Positions 47,095-58,201 of a stretch of 64,000 nucleotides of DNA are shown here, piece after piece. The position numbers were made by a program, and so were the translations under genes. Each line of letters begins with the position of its first letter. Positions within the stretch are counted from its first letter, which is position 1. Where the stretch lies: the sequence record PP337211; one strand, written 5' to 3'. The notes beneath the pieces were generated by a model that saw only the letters and a list, made by a program, of their open reading frames with translations, ran no database searches and was not told the DNA's origin. This stretch comes from Escherichia phage ERS-1.

Positions 47095-49611
47095 TCACGG
47101 CGGAATTCCCTGTCCTGCCCGGAAATACCCTGCTCTGCCAAATTTTGCCGCTGCCTTTGACGGGAGTTCCAGCGGCGTGCGCCTCACGTGGGCGGCTTCC
47201 GCGGCCTCCTTCGTCGTGTACGCTGAAGGCGATCTCGTCGTGGACCTGGATGATGATGTCCGTCTGGCTTCCTGTGCCTCTACGCCGTCCTTGGTCTGGT
47301 CTCGCGGAGGAGCCCTGAATCTGCGGTTGGTCCCTTGTGGTTCTTGCCCGTTCTCCCGTCCTCGTCCTTCGGGAAGTGGTGCGGCGACCGCTCGGTGTCG
47401 TGACGTAGCCGGCGGCCTTCGCCCGGGCTTCGGCCTTTGCCGCTTCTCGATGCAAACGGCCTTGTGGTCGAAGGTGTCCGGGAGGGCCTGACCCTCCGGC
47501 CCCGCGGCCTCGAACCTCCGCGCCCCTTCCGCGACCTGGCGCTGACCCTCCGGGCTGTTCGTGAACGGCCGGAAGCGGGGGCGTGCGGGCGGCCATCGGT
47601 CGGGAGCCCGAGCTTGCGCTCCTCCCCTCGCCCGCCTGTCCCGGTAGGACCTGCCGGTAGATTTCCTTGGCGTCCTTGCGCTTGATCCCCGCCTGTCCGC
47701 CATCATCCGGTGGTTGTCGGTGTTCGGGTCGTTGCGGACTGTCCCGGGCTTCGATTGTGGACCTGCCCTGCTGGTGCCCGTTTGGTCTTTGCCGGGTGGC
47801 GTAGTGGACCGCCTTGCGCGGCTCCTGCTGGCTGTAGTCGTTGGACGCCCTGTGTTGGCCTTCCTCCGGGAGGTAGATGGCCCGCCGCGGCGGCGAACTC
47901 TTCCCCAGCCGGTCGCTGCTGGAGGTTCGGGTGTTCGCTGGACTGTCGCCCGTAGGCAGGCGCCGCGGTCCCGTCGCTTTCGTCTCTTCCCTTCCGGCGG
48001 CGGAGCTGGTCGAACGTCCCGTGGAGGCGCCGTTCGCCATGTGGTCCGGGACGGACTGGCGAAGGTCGTGCGCCTTGTTTGCCTTCCGGCGCGTTCGAGG
48101 AGGCTCTGCCTCGGGTGGCTGATTGAGCCCTGGCTCCTTGTCGATGTTGGGCTTGCCCTGGGAGGTTGTTCGGCTTGATGCCGATGTGTTCGAGGGCGGG
48201 GGCGATCACCTCTGGCTTCCCGGTACGCTGCGGTGATCCGGTGGCCGGTGATCGACCGGACTTGGGCGTGGGCCTCCGTCTCCTTCTCCGCGCCGGGCTG
48301 GTCGGTTGTCCTGGCGGTCGCGTCGATTGCACGCCCCGGCGGCGAAGGCCCGTGAGGATCGGGGCAGGCCGGACTCCCTGGTGCAGGTTGCCCCGGGTCC
48401 TGCCGGACCTCCCGCTCCTGACGGCGGAGGATGTTGGGTGCGCGTGTCCTCCTCCGCGCACTTCCCGAGGCCTTGGCCGGAGGTCCCGGTTGCCCTTCTT
48501 CGGGCAATCCTGTACCACCGCGGCGGCGCGTGCTTCGTCCTTGCCGTGGAAGCCCCACCGCTCCGCGATAGCTTGCATGCTGTAGCCGTCGTGGAGTTTG
48601 GCAGTTGCGGGTCTGCGATCTGGATGTCACGGAAGTAGCGGACCCGCTCCAACTCGAGTGCCGTCCCCGGCGAGGAAGTCCGTTGGTGCCAGGTTGGCCT
48701 CCCAGGTCGCCGGTGAGCACCTTTGCCGGGCGCGGAGGTAGGCCGGTACGCCCTCCGGCCGGTAGGTTGCCCCCGCCTTCGCGTCCGATGGGGAGTACCC
48801 GCCCGGGCCGTCCTCGATTGCGAAGCTGATGCCGGTGATGTAGCTGTTCGGCGACGGCCCGCCCCGGCCCCGAGCTCTCGAGGTCCGGTCCCCGCGTTCC
48901 TGCCGATGGCGACCCGCTCGGCCCTCCCACCAGGGAGGGTGCTGAGGTCCGGGGCCTCCCTGTCGCTGGAGACGGTCGTGAACAGGGTGGTTGGAGGTAT
49001 GAGGCTTGGCTCCCACCTCCGCAATCATCTTGCGCGAGGTTCAGGTGCCGCGGTCTGGCTCCGGGTCGGACTCCCGGAAGGTGAGGATGTGGACCGCTTC
49101 GGCTCCGTCCTCCGTCCTGCCCGTTCGCGGCGGCGAAGGCGTCCGGCATGACGACGGGGCGGAGCGGGGCGAGGACCCCGTTGCGGGCGCCGGACCCTCT
49201 CCCGTAGTGGATCGCCTTCTCGGAGGTCCTGGCGCGGGTCCTCGTGCTCTTGCGGTTGCGGGTCGCGCACTGGTCGCGCGGCCTTCGGTGTAGCGGAGGC
49301 CGTTGGTTCCTCCCAGCTCCTGTGTTGGACGGGCGAGCGGCAGCGCTCATCCGTCCTTGCTTTTCGTTTTGTCCTAACTCTCTTCCTTTGGTTTTGCAGC
49401 CGGAGCGTCTGCTGGCGGTAGTAATACCGGGAACCCCGCCTCCCCGTCGGTGTTGTATGGACCTTGCGGAGGTGCGCGAGTTCTTCCGTGTCGAAGGCGT
49501 AGAACTTCTGCTGCGGGCTCCTGCCGGTTGCTGGCCTCTCCAGTTGTTCGCGCACCACCTCCTCGAGAAGTCCGAGAGACGGCGATGCGGCTGGCGCTTC
49601 GCTGCCCGCAA
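47095..49611 (-). CDS. Family-A DNA polymerase (Pol I-like) with 3'-5' exonuclease domain; frame broken
   Basis: Exo I motif QQKFYAFDTEELAHL (~49490), pol motif A SNDYSQ (~47830), pol motif C TDIIIQVHDEIAFSV (~47245); order and spacing appropriate for a Pol A. Confidence 0.65.
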   Translation of the reverse strand: MRAAKRQPHRRLSDFSRRWCANNWRGQQPAGARSRSSTPSTRKNSRTSARSIQHRRGGGVPGITTASRRSGCKTKGRELGQNEKQGRMSAAARPSNTGAGRNQRPPLHRRPRDQCATRNRKSTRTRARTSEKAIHYGRGSGARNGVLAPLRPVVMPDAFAAANGQDGGRSRSGPHPHLPGVRPGARPRHLNLAQDDCGGGSQASYLQPPCSRPSPATGRPRTSAPSLVGGPSGSPSAGTRGPDLESSGPGRAVAEQLHHRHQLRNRGRPGRVLPIGREGGGNLPAGGRTGLPPRPAKVLTGDLGGQPGTNGLPRRGRHSSWSGSATSVTSRSQTRNCQTPRRLQHASYRGAVGLPRQGRSTRRRGGTGLPEEGQPGPPAKASGSARRRTRAPNILRRQEREVRQDPGQPAPGSPACPDPHGPSPPGRAIDATARTTDQPGAEKETEAHAQVRSITGHRITAAYREARGDRPRPRTHRHQAEQPPRASPTSTRSQGSISHPRQSLLERAGRQTRRTTFASPSRTTWRTAPPRDVRPAPPPEGKRRKRRDRGACLRATVQRTPEPPAATGWGRVRRRGGPSTSRRKANTGRPTTTASRSRARRSTTPPGKDQTGTSRAGPQSKPGTVRNDPNTDNHRMMADRRGSSARTPRKSTGRSYRDRRARGGAQARAPDRWPPARPRFRPFTNSPEGQRQVAEGARRFEAAGPEGQALPDTFDHKAVCIEKRQRPKPGRRPPATSRHRAVAAPLPEGRGRENGQEPQGTNRRFRAPPRDQTKDGVEAQEARRTSSSRSTTRSPSAYTTKEAAEAAHVRRTPLELPSKAAAKFGRAGYFRAGQGIPP

Positions 49612-52574
49612 GGGCGCACGGGTTCGGACTTCGGCCCCGCTCTCCCGTCACCGTCTTGCCTCTCCGGACGGCGCGACCGCTTCGTTGCCCGTGCTCCTCC
49701 CGGCGCTGCCCTGGTCGAGGGCGTCCGCGGCCTTTGCTGTCCTCCTCGTCGGGAGAAGGCCCGGGAGGTGCCTGGTCGCCTGTCGCGGCGTTCCGCGGCC
49801 TCCGTGCCCTTCCCCAGTTCGGGTGGTTCGCTCTCGCCGGGGCCGGCAATGTCGCCTGGCGGAACGCTCCGCGCAGTCGTGCCGCTTGGACCGCCTTGAC
49901 AGGTTCGGCGACGGGTGCGGGTGGAAGGAGGCTCGACGCCGTAGCTGCGCTGGGCGATGTTGTACTGACCGTGGTGCGGGACGATGTGGTCCGGTGGACC
50001 GTCCCGGCCTCCCGGGTCGCGGCGATCCGGGCGGAGCGGCGGACGGCGCGGCGGTTGGCTCCTCCGCCTCGCGCTCCTCGTCATGAATCTTGCTTCCCTG
50101 GCTTCCCTTCGTCCGCGTCTCCTCCCTGCCGCGCCGTCGTCATTGCCTGGGCCTCGCGGGCCTCGAAGGCGGCGCGGCGGCGTTGATCCGTTTCCTTCCC
50201 CGGCCGTCTTCCCGTCGGTGGCGGCGACGTTCTCCGCTCGCCCCGGGCGGCGTCGAAGCGGAGGGGTTGGACGCTTGAAAGCCTTGTGGGCCTTGAGGTT
50301 GGGATTGCTCGCGGCGGAAGAAGGGTTGCGGAAGCCGTCGGCGTCCGGCTCGCCGGTGCCCGGCTCCTGGTCGCCTTCCTGCCGGTCCGTGGAGGCTTGA
50401 AGCGGAAGGGCTCCGCGATCCCGGCGGCGTAGGGGTCGGGCGTTCCTTCCCGGGGTGTTGGGTTGGCGGCGAGGTCCGCGAGCGGGCGACCTTGCCCAGT
50501 ACCCTCATCGGCGTGGAAGTTGGCGCTGACTTGGCGGTAGATGCCTTGTTGGCCCGAGGTCCGGCGACGTCGGCGGAGGTAGCTGAAGTGGACCGCGTTG
50601 GCCCCTGTAGGCTCCCCGGGTCCCGTCGTCGGAGCGGTTGGTGCGGTCATGTCCGGCCGACCGTCGTGATCTGGAAGATGGCCTGAAGGTTGGCAGGGGA
50701 GGTCCTTGCCTTGGCGGCCTGGTCCGCGTCCGCGCTCCTGTCCAGGACCTGGCGGTGGTCATCGCGGTTCGCCTTCGGGCGGCGATGATCTTGGGCAGTG
50801 GTCCTCGAAGAAGTGCTGGCGCCCTGCGGAAGCCGTAGGCCCCGTGGAAGGTCCTGCCGTCGTCCAGTAGCTGCGCTTGCGACCGGCGAAGCGGGGCGCG
50901 CATTCCGCGTCATTGCGTCTGCCCAGCATCCAGAGGCTTTCCATCAGGTGGAAGAAGGGGTTGGCGTCCCGTTCTGCCCGGCGCGCTCCGCCGGCGGAGG
51001 CGCCGGTGGCGACGGGTTCCGGGCGTCAAGCGGGGCCGTTGCGCGAGTCGCGGCGGACGCCCTCGAAGGACCTGTCGAGAGGGCCTCCCGGGAGGGCCTG
51101 TTGTACGTTGCGGGCTTTGATGACTTTGTCTGTTAATTTGAAGATGACGTTGCCGGTCCGGCGAAGGACGCGGAAGCGGTTTGCGGGTGGTGCCCCGTTA
51201 AGCCGGCGTTCGGTTCGCGGATCGGGGGCGATAGCCCGGGACGGCGATTTTAACCGCGAAGGGGCGGGCGAACTGCTCCGCCTCGGCCCGGTTTCATTGT
51301 TTCTGACCGTGGTGACGGAGTTCGTGACGGCCTCCGCGGAGGACTTCGCCTTGGACTTCTCCGCGTCCGCTCGTCCCGGGCCTCTTCTAGGTGTCGGTGG
51401 TGGCTGTGGGCGCTTGGCGTGGTGTACCGGCGTTGTACTCGTGGGACTTGGCGATGCGGCGGCGCTCCCCGAGGTCGCGCGTGCGAAGCGTTGGCCCTCG
51501 AACTGGACCTTGACGTCGCCGTGGTCGGCAAGAAGCCGTCCGGCGCCTGCCCTTCCCGCTTGCGGAGCGGTTCCGGGTAGATGTCGTTGTACACGGCGTC
51601 CCCAGGGTGAACTTCTCCGCCTCCCTGGGCTTTTTTCGCGGGCCTCGAAGGCGTGCTGAGGACCCCTTGCCGCTCGCGGATGTAATTGGACCCGGCACCT
51701 GCCCGAACCTGGCCTCCAGTTCGTCGATGCCGCCGGAATGGTCCGGCGGCGAGGTTTCGATCCGGCGAGGGTGGTTGCCTTGCGCCGTGGTGCTCCAGCG
51801 GGTTTCTTGCCTTCGTCGGTGGTGCGCTTGCTCGTCGAACTTGGCGTGTGTTCGATGTCCCGGGCCTCGAACCGCGGCCCCCGCGCGGGCTCCCGAGCTG
51901 CGGCGGTCCGAAGGTTTCGTCGAAGCCCCGGGCGTCCGTGTTGGCTTGGCTTCGGCTCGATCAGTTTCCGCGTTCGTCTGCTCCGGGCGGGGCTTCGCGG
52001 CGAGGTCGTGCCCTGCTGGCGGTCGAGCCCGCGGATCGCCCCGGCAGGGCGTTGGCCGGTTCCGTGACGTCCTGGGCGTCGTGGTAGCGGGTGTGGCGGA
52101 GGTCGGTCACCGTTGCCCGGACGGCCCCCGCCGACCAGCGGTGCTGCTGGAATTTGGCCCTGCGCTTTCGAGGGTCGGAACCCGCGGAACCTTGGGGCTG
52201 CACTTGGCGGGCTCCGCGTCGCGCGCCCGTTCCTCGCGGTCCTCCCGGTACGGCCCGGCAATCTCCGCGATGTAGCGGTGCTTGGTCCGCTGTACCCTCC
52301 TTGGAGGGGTCGGACTCCGCGCGGATCGTGAGGCTCCGGGCGCCGCCTTGTTGCCCGCGGCGGCGTAGTCCTCCGGCGCTTCGCCGCTTCGCGGGCTCGA
52401 GTCCTCCCCTTTGCCGGGTTCCCGGCTCCGCCTTGTCCTGGAGAGCGGAGGGTGTCGGCTGTTGATGTAGCGGGCGATGGTGAGGGCGGGTCTTGTAAGG
52501 TGCGGGTGGTCCGCGTAGGGCTTGCGGATGTTCTCCTGGTCCTGGTCGTCCCGGGTTGGCTTCGCGGCAAGATG

Positions 52575-53245
52575 TTAGGGTACTGCCGCCCTCGCGAACC
52601 GGGTCCGCGGTCCGGGGCCGGGCTTCCCGGCCTTGCGGTCGGTAGACGTCGTGCCGGGCCCTTGAAGGCGGCGATGTCGTCGACGCGTGGGTGGTCGGTT
52701 CGGGGTCCTGGTCGGGCTCTCGATGACGGCCTTGATGTCCTTCGGGGCCGTCTCCCTGTGGATGTCGCGGACCGTCTCGCCGTCCGCCGTGGCCTCTCGC
52801 CGGACCCGGGCGATGGTGCGGTGCTTGTCGGCCTCTGGTTCTCCTCGACGGGCTTCCCGCCGTCGCGCTCCTGGATGTGCTTTGGGCTTCCAGCGGCGTG
52901 TCCTGAAGGCCGGGTTGTTCCGCCGTTCGCCTTCGACCCCTGCGCGTATGTAGATGGGCACTGACACCTCGCGCCCTCCAGCCCTACCGCCTTCACGTCC
53001 GGGCCCCGCCAACCAGCTCCGCGACGGCCTTGGCCGCGGCTTGGGTCTTGATCCGGTCCGGACCGGCGGTGGTCGCTCCGGCGGCGGCGGGGGTAGTCCC
53101 CGATGATGGCGATGCCGCCCGGCGCGTCGCCGGGATCGGCTTGTGGTCCGGGACGATGACGTCGATGACGTGGCCTGCGGATCGCGGTCCTGGCTGCGGG
53201 TGTGGTCTTGCCGGAGCCGTTACTGCCCTGCGTGATGTACTTCAT
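52575..53245 (-). CDS. P-loop NTPase with Walker A in the first 15 residues (ParA- or kinase-like); frame broken
   Basis: rc GGAGAACCCAAG-ATG (ATG is complement of 53243-53245): MKYITQGSNGSGKTT...; later peptides GHVIDVIVPDHKPIPA, ADGETVRDIHRETAPKDIKAVIES. Confidence 0.35.
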
Positions 53246-53556
53246 CTTGGGTTCTCCACCGGTTGAAAACGGCGGAGCCGGAGCCCCGCCTGGTTGCTGT
53301 TGGTTGCGTGATCGGGATGATCTTGCGCTCGCCGCCGTCCTCCTCCGGCGGGTCTGGTTCCACGATCTTCTTGAAGTCGGGCGAGCGGCCTTCGCCGCTC
53401 CGGCTGGTTCCGAACCGGCGGGCTTGCCCTTCGTCCGCTGTCCGCGCGGTGGAGACCTGCCGGTGGGGCGCGTCCCTTGACCTCCTGGAAGGGCTGGCCC
53501 GTCGGTCCGGTGAAGGTTCGGCACGCGCTGGCCGTGGCCGGTCTGCGGTGATCATT

Positions 53557-53955
53557 TCACGCCTTCCAAAGCCAGTGCCGGCTCCGCCGGCTCCGGGCTT
53601 CCCGCGGCGGGTCCAGGCGTCGCGTAGGTCGGTTGCCGTGCTCGTCGCCAGTTCCGGTACCTGGCCGGTGGGCTTCGACCCGGCACGGCTCCGCGATGGT
53701 CTTTTCGGGCTCCGGCCTGGTTCTCCGCGGGCTGTCGGCCAAGGCTTTGGTACGCTCCGGTCCGAACCGCTTTGGAGGCGTTCGATCATTGCCGGGGCCC
53801 GCTGTAGCCCGCCTCCCGAATTTTCGGCGATTGTGGTCGTTGCCGACCGCGGCCTGGTGCTCCAGCGTGTGGCGGATGTCGTCGTGGGTGACGATCCCCG
53901 GGATCTGCGGATTGACCTGAATGGAGGTGTAGATGCCCTGACGGCGCTCGGCCAT
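53557..53955 (-). CDS. Hypothetical protein
   Basis: ATG is complement of 53953-53955: MAERRQGIYTSIQVNPQIPGIVTHDDIRHTLEHQAAVGNDHNRRKFG... Confidence 0.25.
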   Translation of the reverse strand: MAERRQGIYTSIQVNPQIPGIVTHDDIRHTLEHQAAVGNDHNRRKFGRRATAGPGNDRTPPKRFGPERTKALADSPRRTRPEPEKTIAEPCRVEAHRPGTGTGDEHGNRPTRRLDPPREARSRRSRHWLWKA

Positions 53956-54143
53956 TTCGTCAGATGGTCCTGAAGGCTGATGGCCCCGGCAGGCCGTGCC
54001 GTTGTGGTCGTTGCCGGTGTTCTGTGACTTCTGGGCGTAGCTGTAGGGGTTCCGCTTCGGGTGCCCATGGCCCGTGACGGTAGCCGAGACGGCTGGAAAG
54101 AAGATGGTGCCGGGCTCCCGAAGGCTTCCGCCCCCGCCGGGCG

Positions 54144-54680
54144 TTATGGGCGCCGTCCCGGTTGGGAAGGGGTCCGTGAAGCTGGAGAAGTAGCCCGCGG
54201 CGGAGGTCCGGGACTTCGAGAGGGTTTGCGGACCTGCTCGCCGGAGTTCGCCGGGACGCCGATGAGGCCGGTGCCGCGGTAGCCCCGGAACCCGCTGTCG
54301 ACGTAGCAGGCGCGTGCCGCCTGTAGCCCTGGAGGTTCGTTGATCGCCTCGCTGAAGGGGCGGGCGCGGGAGCCTCGCTCGTCGTTGCGCTTGTCCTGGT
54401 ACCTGCCCTGAAGGGGCTTGGCGTTCGGGATGCGGATGTGCGGGAGGTAGGTGACGTCGTTTGAAGCGGCAGGCCCTCCACCTCCTTCTTGTCGTCGTCC
54501 TTCGCGTCGCGGACCTTCCCCTCTGCCCTTGCCGGAACTTCGCGCGGCTGGTCCTGTGGGTTTCCTTCTCCCCCATCGGGTCCTGGAACTCCCGTTGGTT
54601 CGGTCCGGCGGGCGAAGACTTGTAAGCCTCCTGCAGCGGCTTCGCCGGTTCTTCTGTCCTTGCCGCGTGGTCGGTGCCAT
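54144..54680 (-). CDS. dUTPase / dCTP-deaminase-fold protein (tentative); frame broken near the N-terminus
   Basis: rc GAAGGAGA-ATG (ATG is complement of 54678-54680); peptide [71 protein letters not shown], resembling the RSS...(I/V)D(S/P)G(F/Y)RG core of the dUTPase superfamily. Confidence 0.35.
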   Translation of the reverse strand: MAPTTRQGQKNRRSRCRRLTSLRPPDRTNGSSRTRWGRRKPTGPAARSSGKGRGEGPRREGRRQEGGGGPAASNDVTYLPHIRIPNAKPLQGRYQDKRNDERGSRARPFSEAINEPPGLQAARACYVDSGFRGYRGTGLIGVPANSGEQVRKPSRSPGPPPRATSPASRTPSQPGRRP

Positions 54681-54704
54681 TCTCCTTCAACTGTGAAAGT
54701 CAGC

Positions 54705-54738
54705 GCCTTACCCGGAAGAAGTAAAGCGGCGTTAATTC
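54705..54738 (-). promoter_or_regulatory. Weak member of the promoter family (-35 TTTACT intact, -10 degenerate)
   Basis: rc CGCCGCTTTACTTCTTCCGGGTAAGGCGCTGACTTTCACAG directly upstream of the RBS at 54681-54688. Confidence 0.3.
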
Positions 54739-57049
54739 GGCCCGGCTCGCCCGTCGCTTCCGGGCGGCTCCCCTGGCCTTCGTCTCCTCCGAACGCCGGC
54801 GACCGGCGAACTGCCCGGAACCGTGCGGCGACCCTTCCGCGTCGGGTCGTCTGGTTGTCCTTTTGGGACCCGAGGGTGAACGCTTGGGGTTGACGGTGGC
54901 GGTCGGTCGCTGTGAACCTGGCGTCACCGCTGTCGGGGATCGGCAATTGTTCGAAGGGCTCGAGGATAGCCGATTCCTGCCGCTTGTAGTCGATGTTGGC
55001 GTGTACCGTGCTGAAGTACCTGGAGCAGGTCGGGTCCTGTGCTCCCGTCTCCGGGTCCTCCTTACAGCGGGCGTTTAGGTGAGCCGGTCCGTCACGGTTA
55101 CCGATGTTCGGGCGATGGGGCGTGGATGGACGGAAGCCTGTCGAGCGGGTCGCTGCGTTTCGGCTTTTGGGACGGTAACGGGTTGGGGAACGGGGCGGAG
55201 GCGTCCCGGGCCGCGTCCGCGTACCCGTAGCCCTCGTCCGGATGGGTCGATCCGGTTGCCCGGTCCGGCCCGCGGCCTTCTCGATGTACTCCCGGCTGGC
55301 GTCCTGGCTCCGCAGATCCGCTTGTGGAGGATGACGTCGTAGTTGCGGAGGCTCGCCTCCTCCAAGCCCTCGAGTGCCCGGCGGCGACCGTCCCCCGAGC
55401 CGACACCGATGACCGGGTCCCGGCAGTCCGGGAGGTGCGGGGCGGTGCGGACGGCCTCCGCGGCGTTCTCCGTGATCGACTCCGGGAGCTTGGGGCGTTG
55501 GCTGTAGCTGTCGTGGTAGTTCTCCTGGTGCTCTGGCCGGACGGGCGATCGCGGAGCGGCCCGCCGGGATGTCCAGGTCCGCCCCGAGCTGGCGAGCGTG
55601 CTGCTGTTGGACGCGCGGGCGTCCGCGGCCCCGTCGCGCTTGAAGCGGGGCCCGTAGTTCGCTTGCACCCGTTCCCCAGCTGCTGGCGTAGGCGACCGCC
55701 CTGCCCGCCTTCGAGCGGCACGTGTCCGGCTGCCGATGGTGGTTCTTCTGCTGGTCTCGATATGGGCGAGGCCCCGTGAATCTCGCTGAAGGACGGACCC
55801 GGAGCGCCCTGCTCTCCCGCTTCAGGATCGGCACCCCGTCAGCTGGTGTTCGACCGGGGCGTCGTTGACGATTGTTGCTGCTCTTGGGCGTGGTCGAGGA
55901 AGGCCCGTGCGGCGGAGGCGGCCTGCCTCGGTCGAGCCCGCCGTCGATTTCCCGGATGTCGTTCCGGGTGGGAGCTGGCCCTTCGCGGGATTTTCCGGTT
56001 TGCCGCCGCACCGTCTCCACCTTCTGGATGTTCGGCGGGCGGTTGCCGGGTGGGGCGAGGTCCGCGAACTGCCGGTTTGTAAGTCCGCGACCCTGGGCGA
56101 TCGCCTCGCGCTTGGGCTTCGCGTTCTCCGGGTACTCGTGAGCCTCGCGCCGCTCCGCCGTCGCGGCCTTCTCCGGTCCTTGAAGCGAAGACGGCGGCGT
56201 TGTCCGAGTCCGCCGGCATCTCGACCGGTTCCGGCTTGTCGCGATCTTGAAGCTGATCGGGACTGAAGCCGTTGTGCTCCTGGGCGCGGGCGGAGACGGT
56301 GCGGAAGGGGCGCTCCTCCTCCGTCGCCCGGGCTCCCCGGTGGGTGCCCCGCCTCCCGGGCGGTCGCCGAGCGGGCCTGGAGGGAGGTCCCGCAGTCGGC
56401 GGTGCGACCCTGGCCTGTAGCGGCGGCGCTCGCGTCCCCGGAGGCCTGTGACCCCCGGCGGGCGTCTCCTCCTCGTGGTGGGCCGCGACGTCCCTTTGCG
56501 GAACCTCGCCCTCCTTCTCCAGGAAGGAGGCGACCCCGGCGTGGAGTAGCTCCAGGTTGAGGCTAGCCTGTGGGCGGGTGGAGAAGTCCCCCGCCTGCCC
56601 GCGCCGAACCAGGGCCGTGCACACGGGGTCGGATCGCGGTGGTGATCCGGTGTCGGCCGGGAACGTCTCGATGTCCGGTTGGGGCAAGTTTCTGCCGTGT
56701 CTTTTCTCTGGTATGCGTGACCGATTTTCCCGCTCGTGTCCTTGCACATGTCCGGTTGGGTAATTGGCGACTGAAGGAAGGCTCCGTGCGGACTTCTTCG
56801 TTGACGTGAATACGGGATGGACCGTCTGCCCTTGCCGTCGCCGTCCTCCGTGATCCGGGTGAATCCCGCAGGTAGCTTGAGGGCTCCCTTCTGTATCCCC
56901 GCTCCGCCGGGCACCTCCGGCGGAGGGTAGCCGCGTGCGCTCCGAGGCTCCCAGTGGCCTTGCCCTGCTTGGGCTGGCGGGCTACCGGCGGGCGTCCTGC
57001 CTTCGGCGGACTTCTGCGGCTCGTGGGCCGGGATCGCGTGGCCTTCCGG

Positions 57050-57690
57050 GACCTCACGTGGAACCGCTTGTGCCGTCCGCGGCGAAGGCGGAGCGGCACC
57101 CGCAGCCCTTCCGCTTCATGTCCTGCTGAAGCCGGAGGGCGTGGCTCGGTCCGGGCTTGTTGCTGCCCGGGCTTCGACCTGTTCCTGCCTTGGTCGTCCG
57201 TTTCGGGGCGGGATCCTGTATGTCGGGAGACGCCCGCTCCAGCCCTCGCGGCGGGGATCGGGGCGTGGCCCGGGCGGCCGTGTCGGCGCCGCGCGGGGCG
57301 CGGGCCTTCTTCTCCTCCGCGGACTTCGGAGCCTTCTGGGCCTTCGGAGGCGACGGGGCGGGGGTTGCGGTTTGTTTGCGGTTTCGACCTTCTGGGTTCG
57401 GCCTGCTCTGCCGCTCAAACTTCCGGGTGCGCTTCGGCATAACGCGCCAGGCATCTTCTGGTGTGGGGCAATGGCGGTGGTCTTGTTGGCGAAGCGGCGC
57501 ACGTTCGGACGGACTTGCCGTTGCGGAAGGTGCCGATGACTTCGTCGGACCTGCTCGACCAGGGCTGGGCCGGAGGGCTCGCTGGGAGGCTTCGGTGTAG
57601 GCGACGTTGTCGAAGTTGATGGTGTTGGCGGTAGGCTCCTTTTCTGGGGTTGAGGTGCGATCTTGTTCGACCGTGAGAGAATCTTAACCC
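57050..57690 (-). CDS. Hypothetical small protein(s) downstream of RNR copy 2; frame broken
   Basis: rc peptides [69 protein letters not shown]...EEKKARAP. Confidence 0.25.
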
Positions 57691-57712
57691 TGGCCCCCGA
57701 AGAAGTAAAGTG
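57678..57712 (-). promoter_or_regulatory. Sigma70-like promoter of the recurring family (-35 TTTACT 57704-57709, 17-bp spacer, -10 TAAGAT 57681-57686)
   Basis: rc CACTTTACTTCTTCGGGGGCCAGGGTTAAGATTCTC. Confidence 0.45.
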
Positions 57713-58201
57713 GTTTGACTAACTTTTTCAGGTTCTCGGTCCGAAGGCCGGGTGCCCGTTGGACGGCGGAGGGCGAACCGTTGAGGCCTTCTTCCCTGAA
57801 GGCCCGGGCGGCGTCCCTCGTGCCCTGGTTCTCCTGTACCGGCTGGTTGCGCCCCGAGGTGTGCGGTACCCTGGCGACCTCGAAGCCCTGCGACGTCCTG
57901 GCAAACCCTTGCCGGTGGAAGTCCTGGCGCTGGGCCGGATAGCCGAAAGCCTCTGCGACGTCTCCGCCGGGTCAGGAGGATGACGTGCCGACCGCCGGTG
58001 GTGGGCCTCCACCGCGGCCGCGGGCACCCCGCGTCCCGGGCGGGCCGCTTGTCGTCCCGCTTCCGGCGCCCCGGGAAGGTGTGGAGGGTGTCGGCGCGGT
58101 CGAAGGTCTTGAGGTAGTCCTTGGCGATAGGCCCGCCTGCTTCGCCCTACGCCCTCCCGCGGAGGACCGCGGAGGGGAGCCAGGGGCCGGTCGGGTCCGT
58201 G

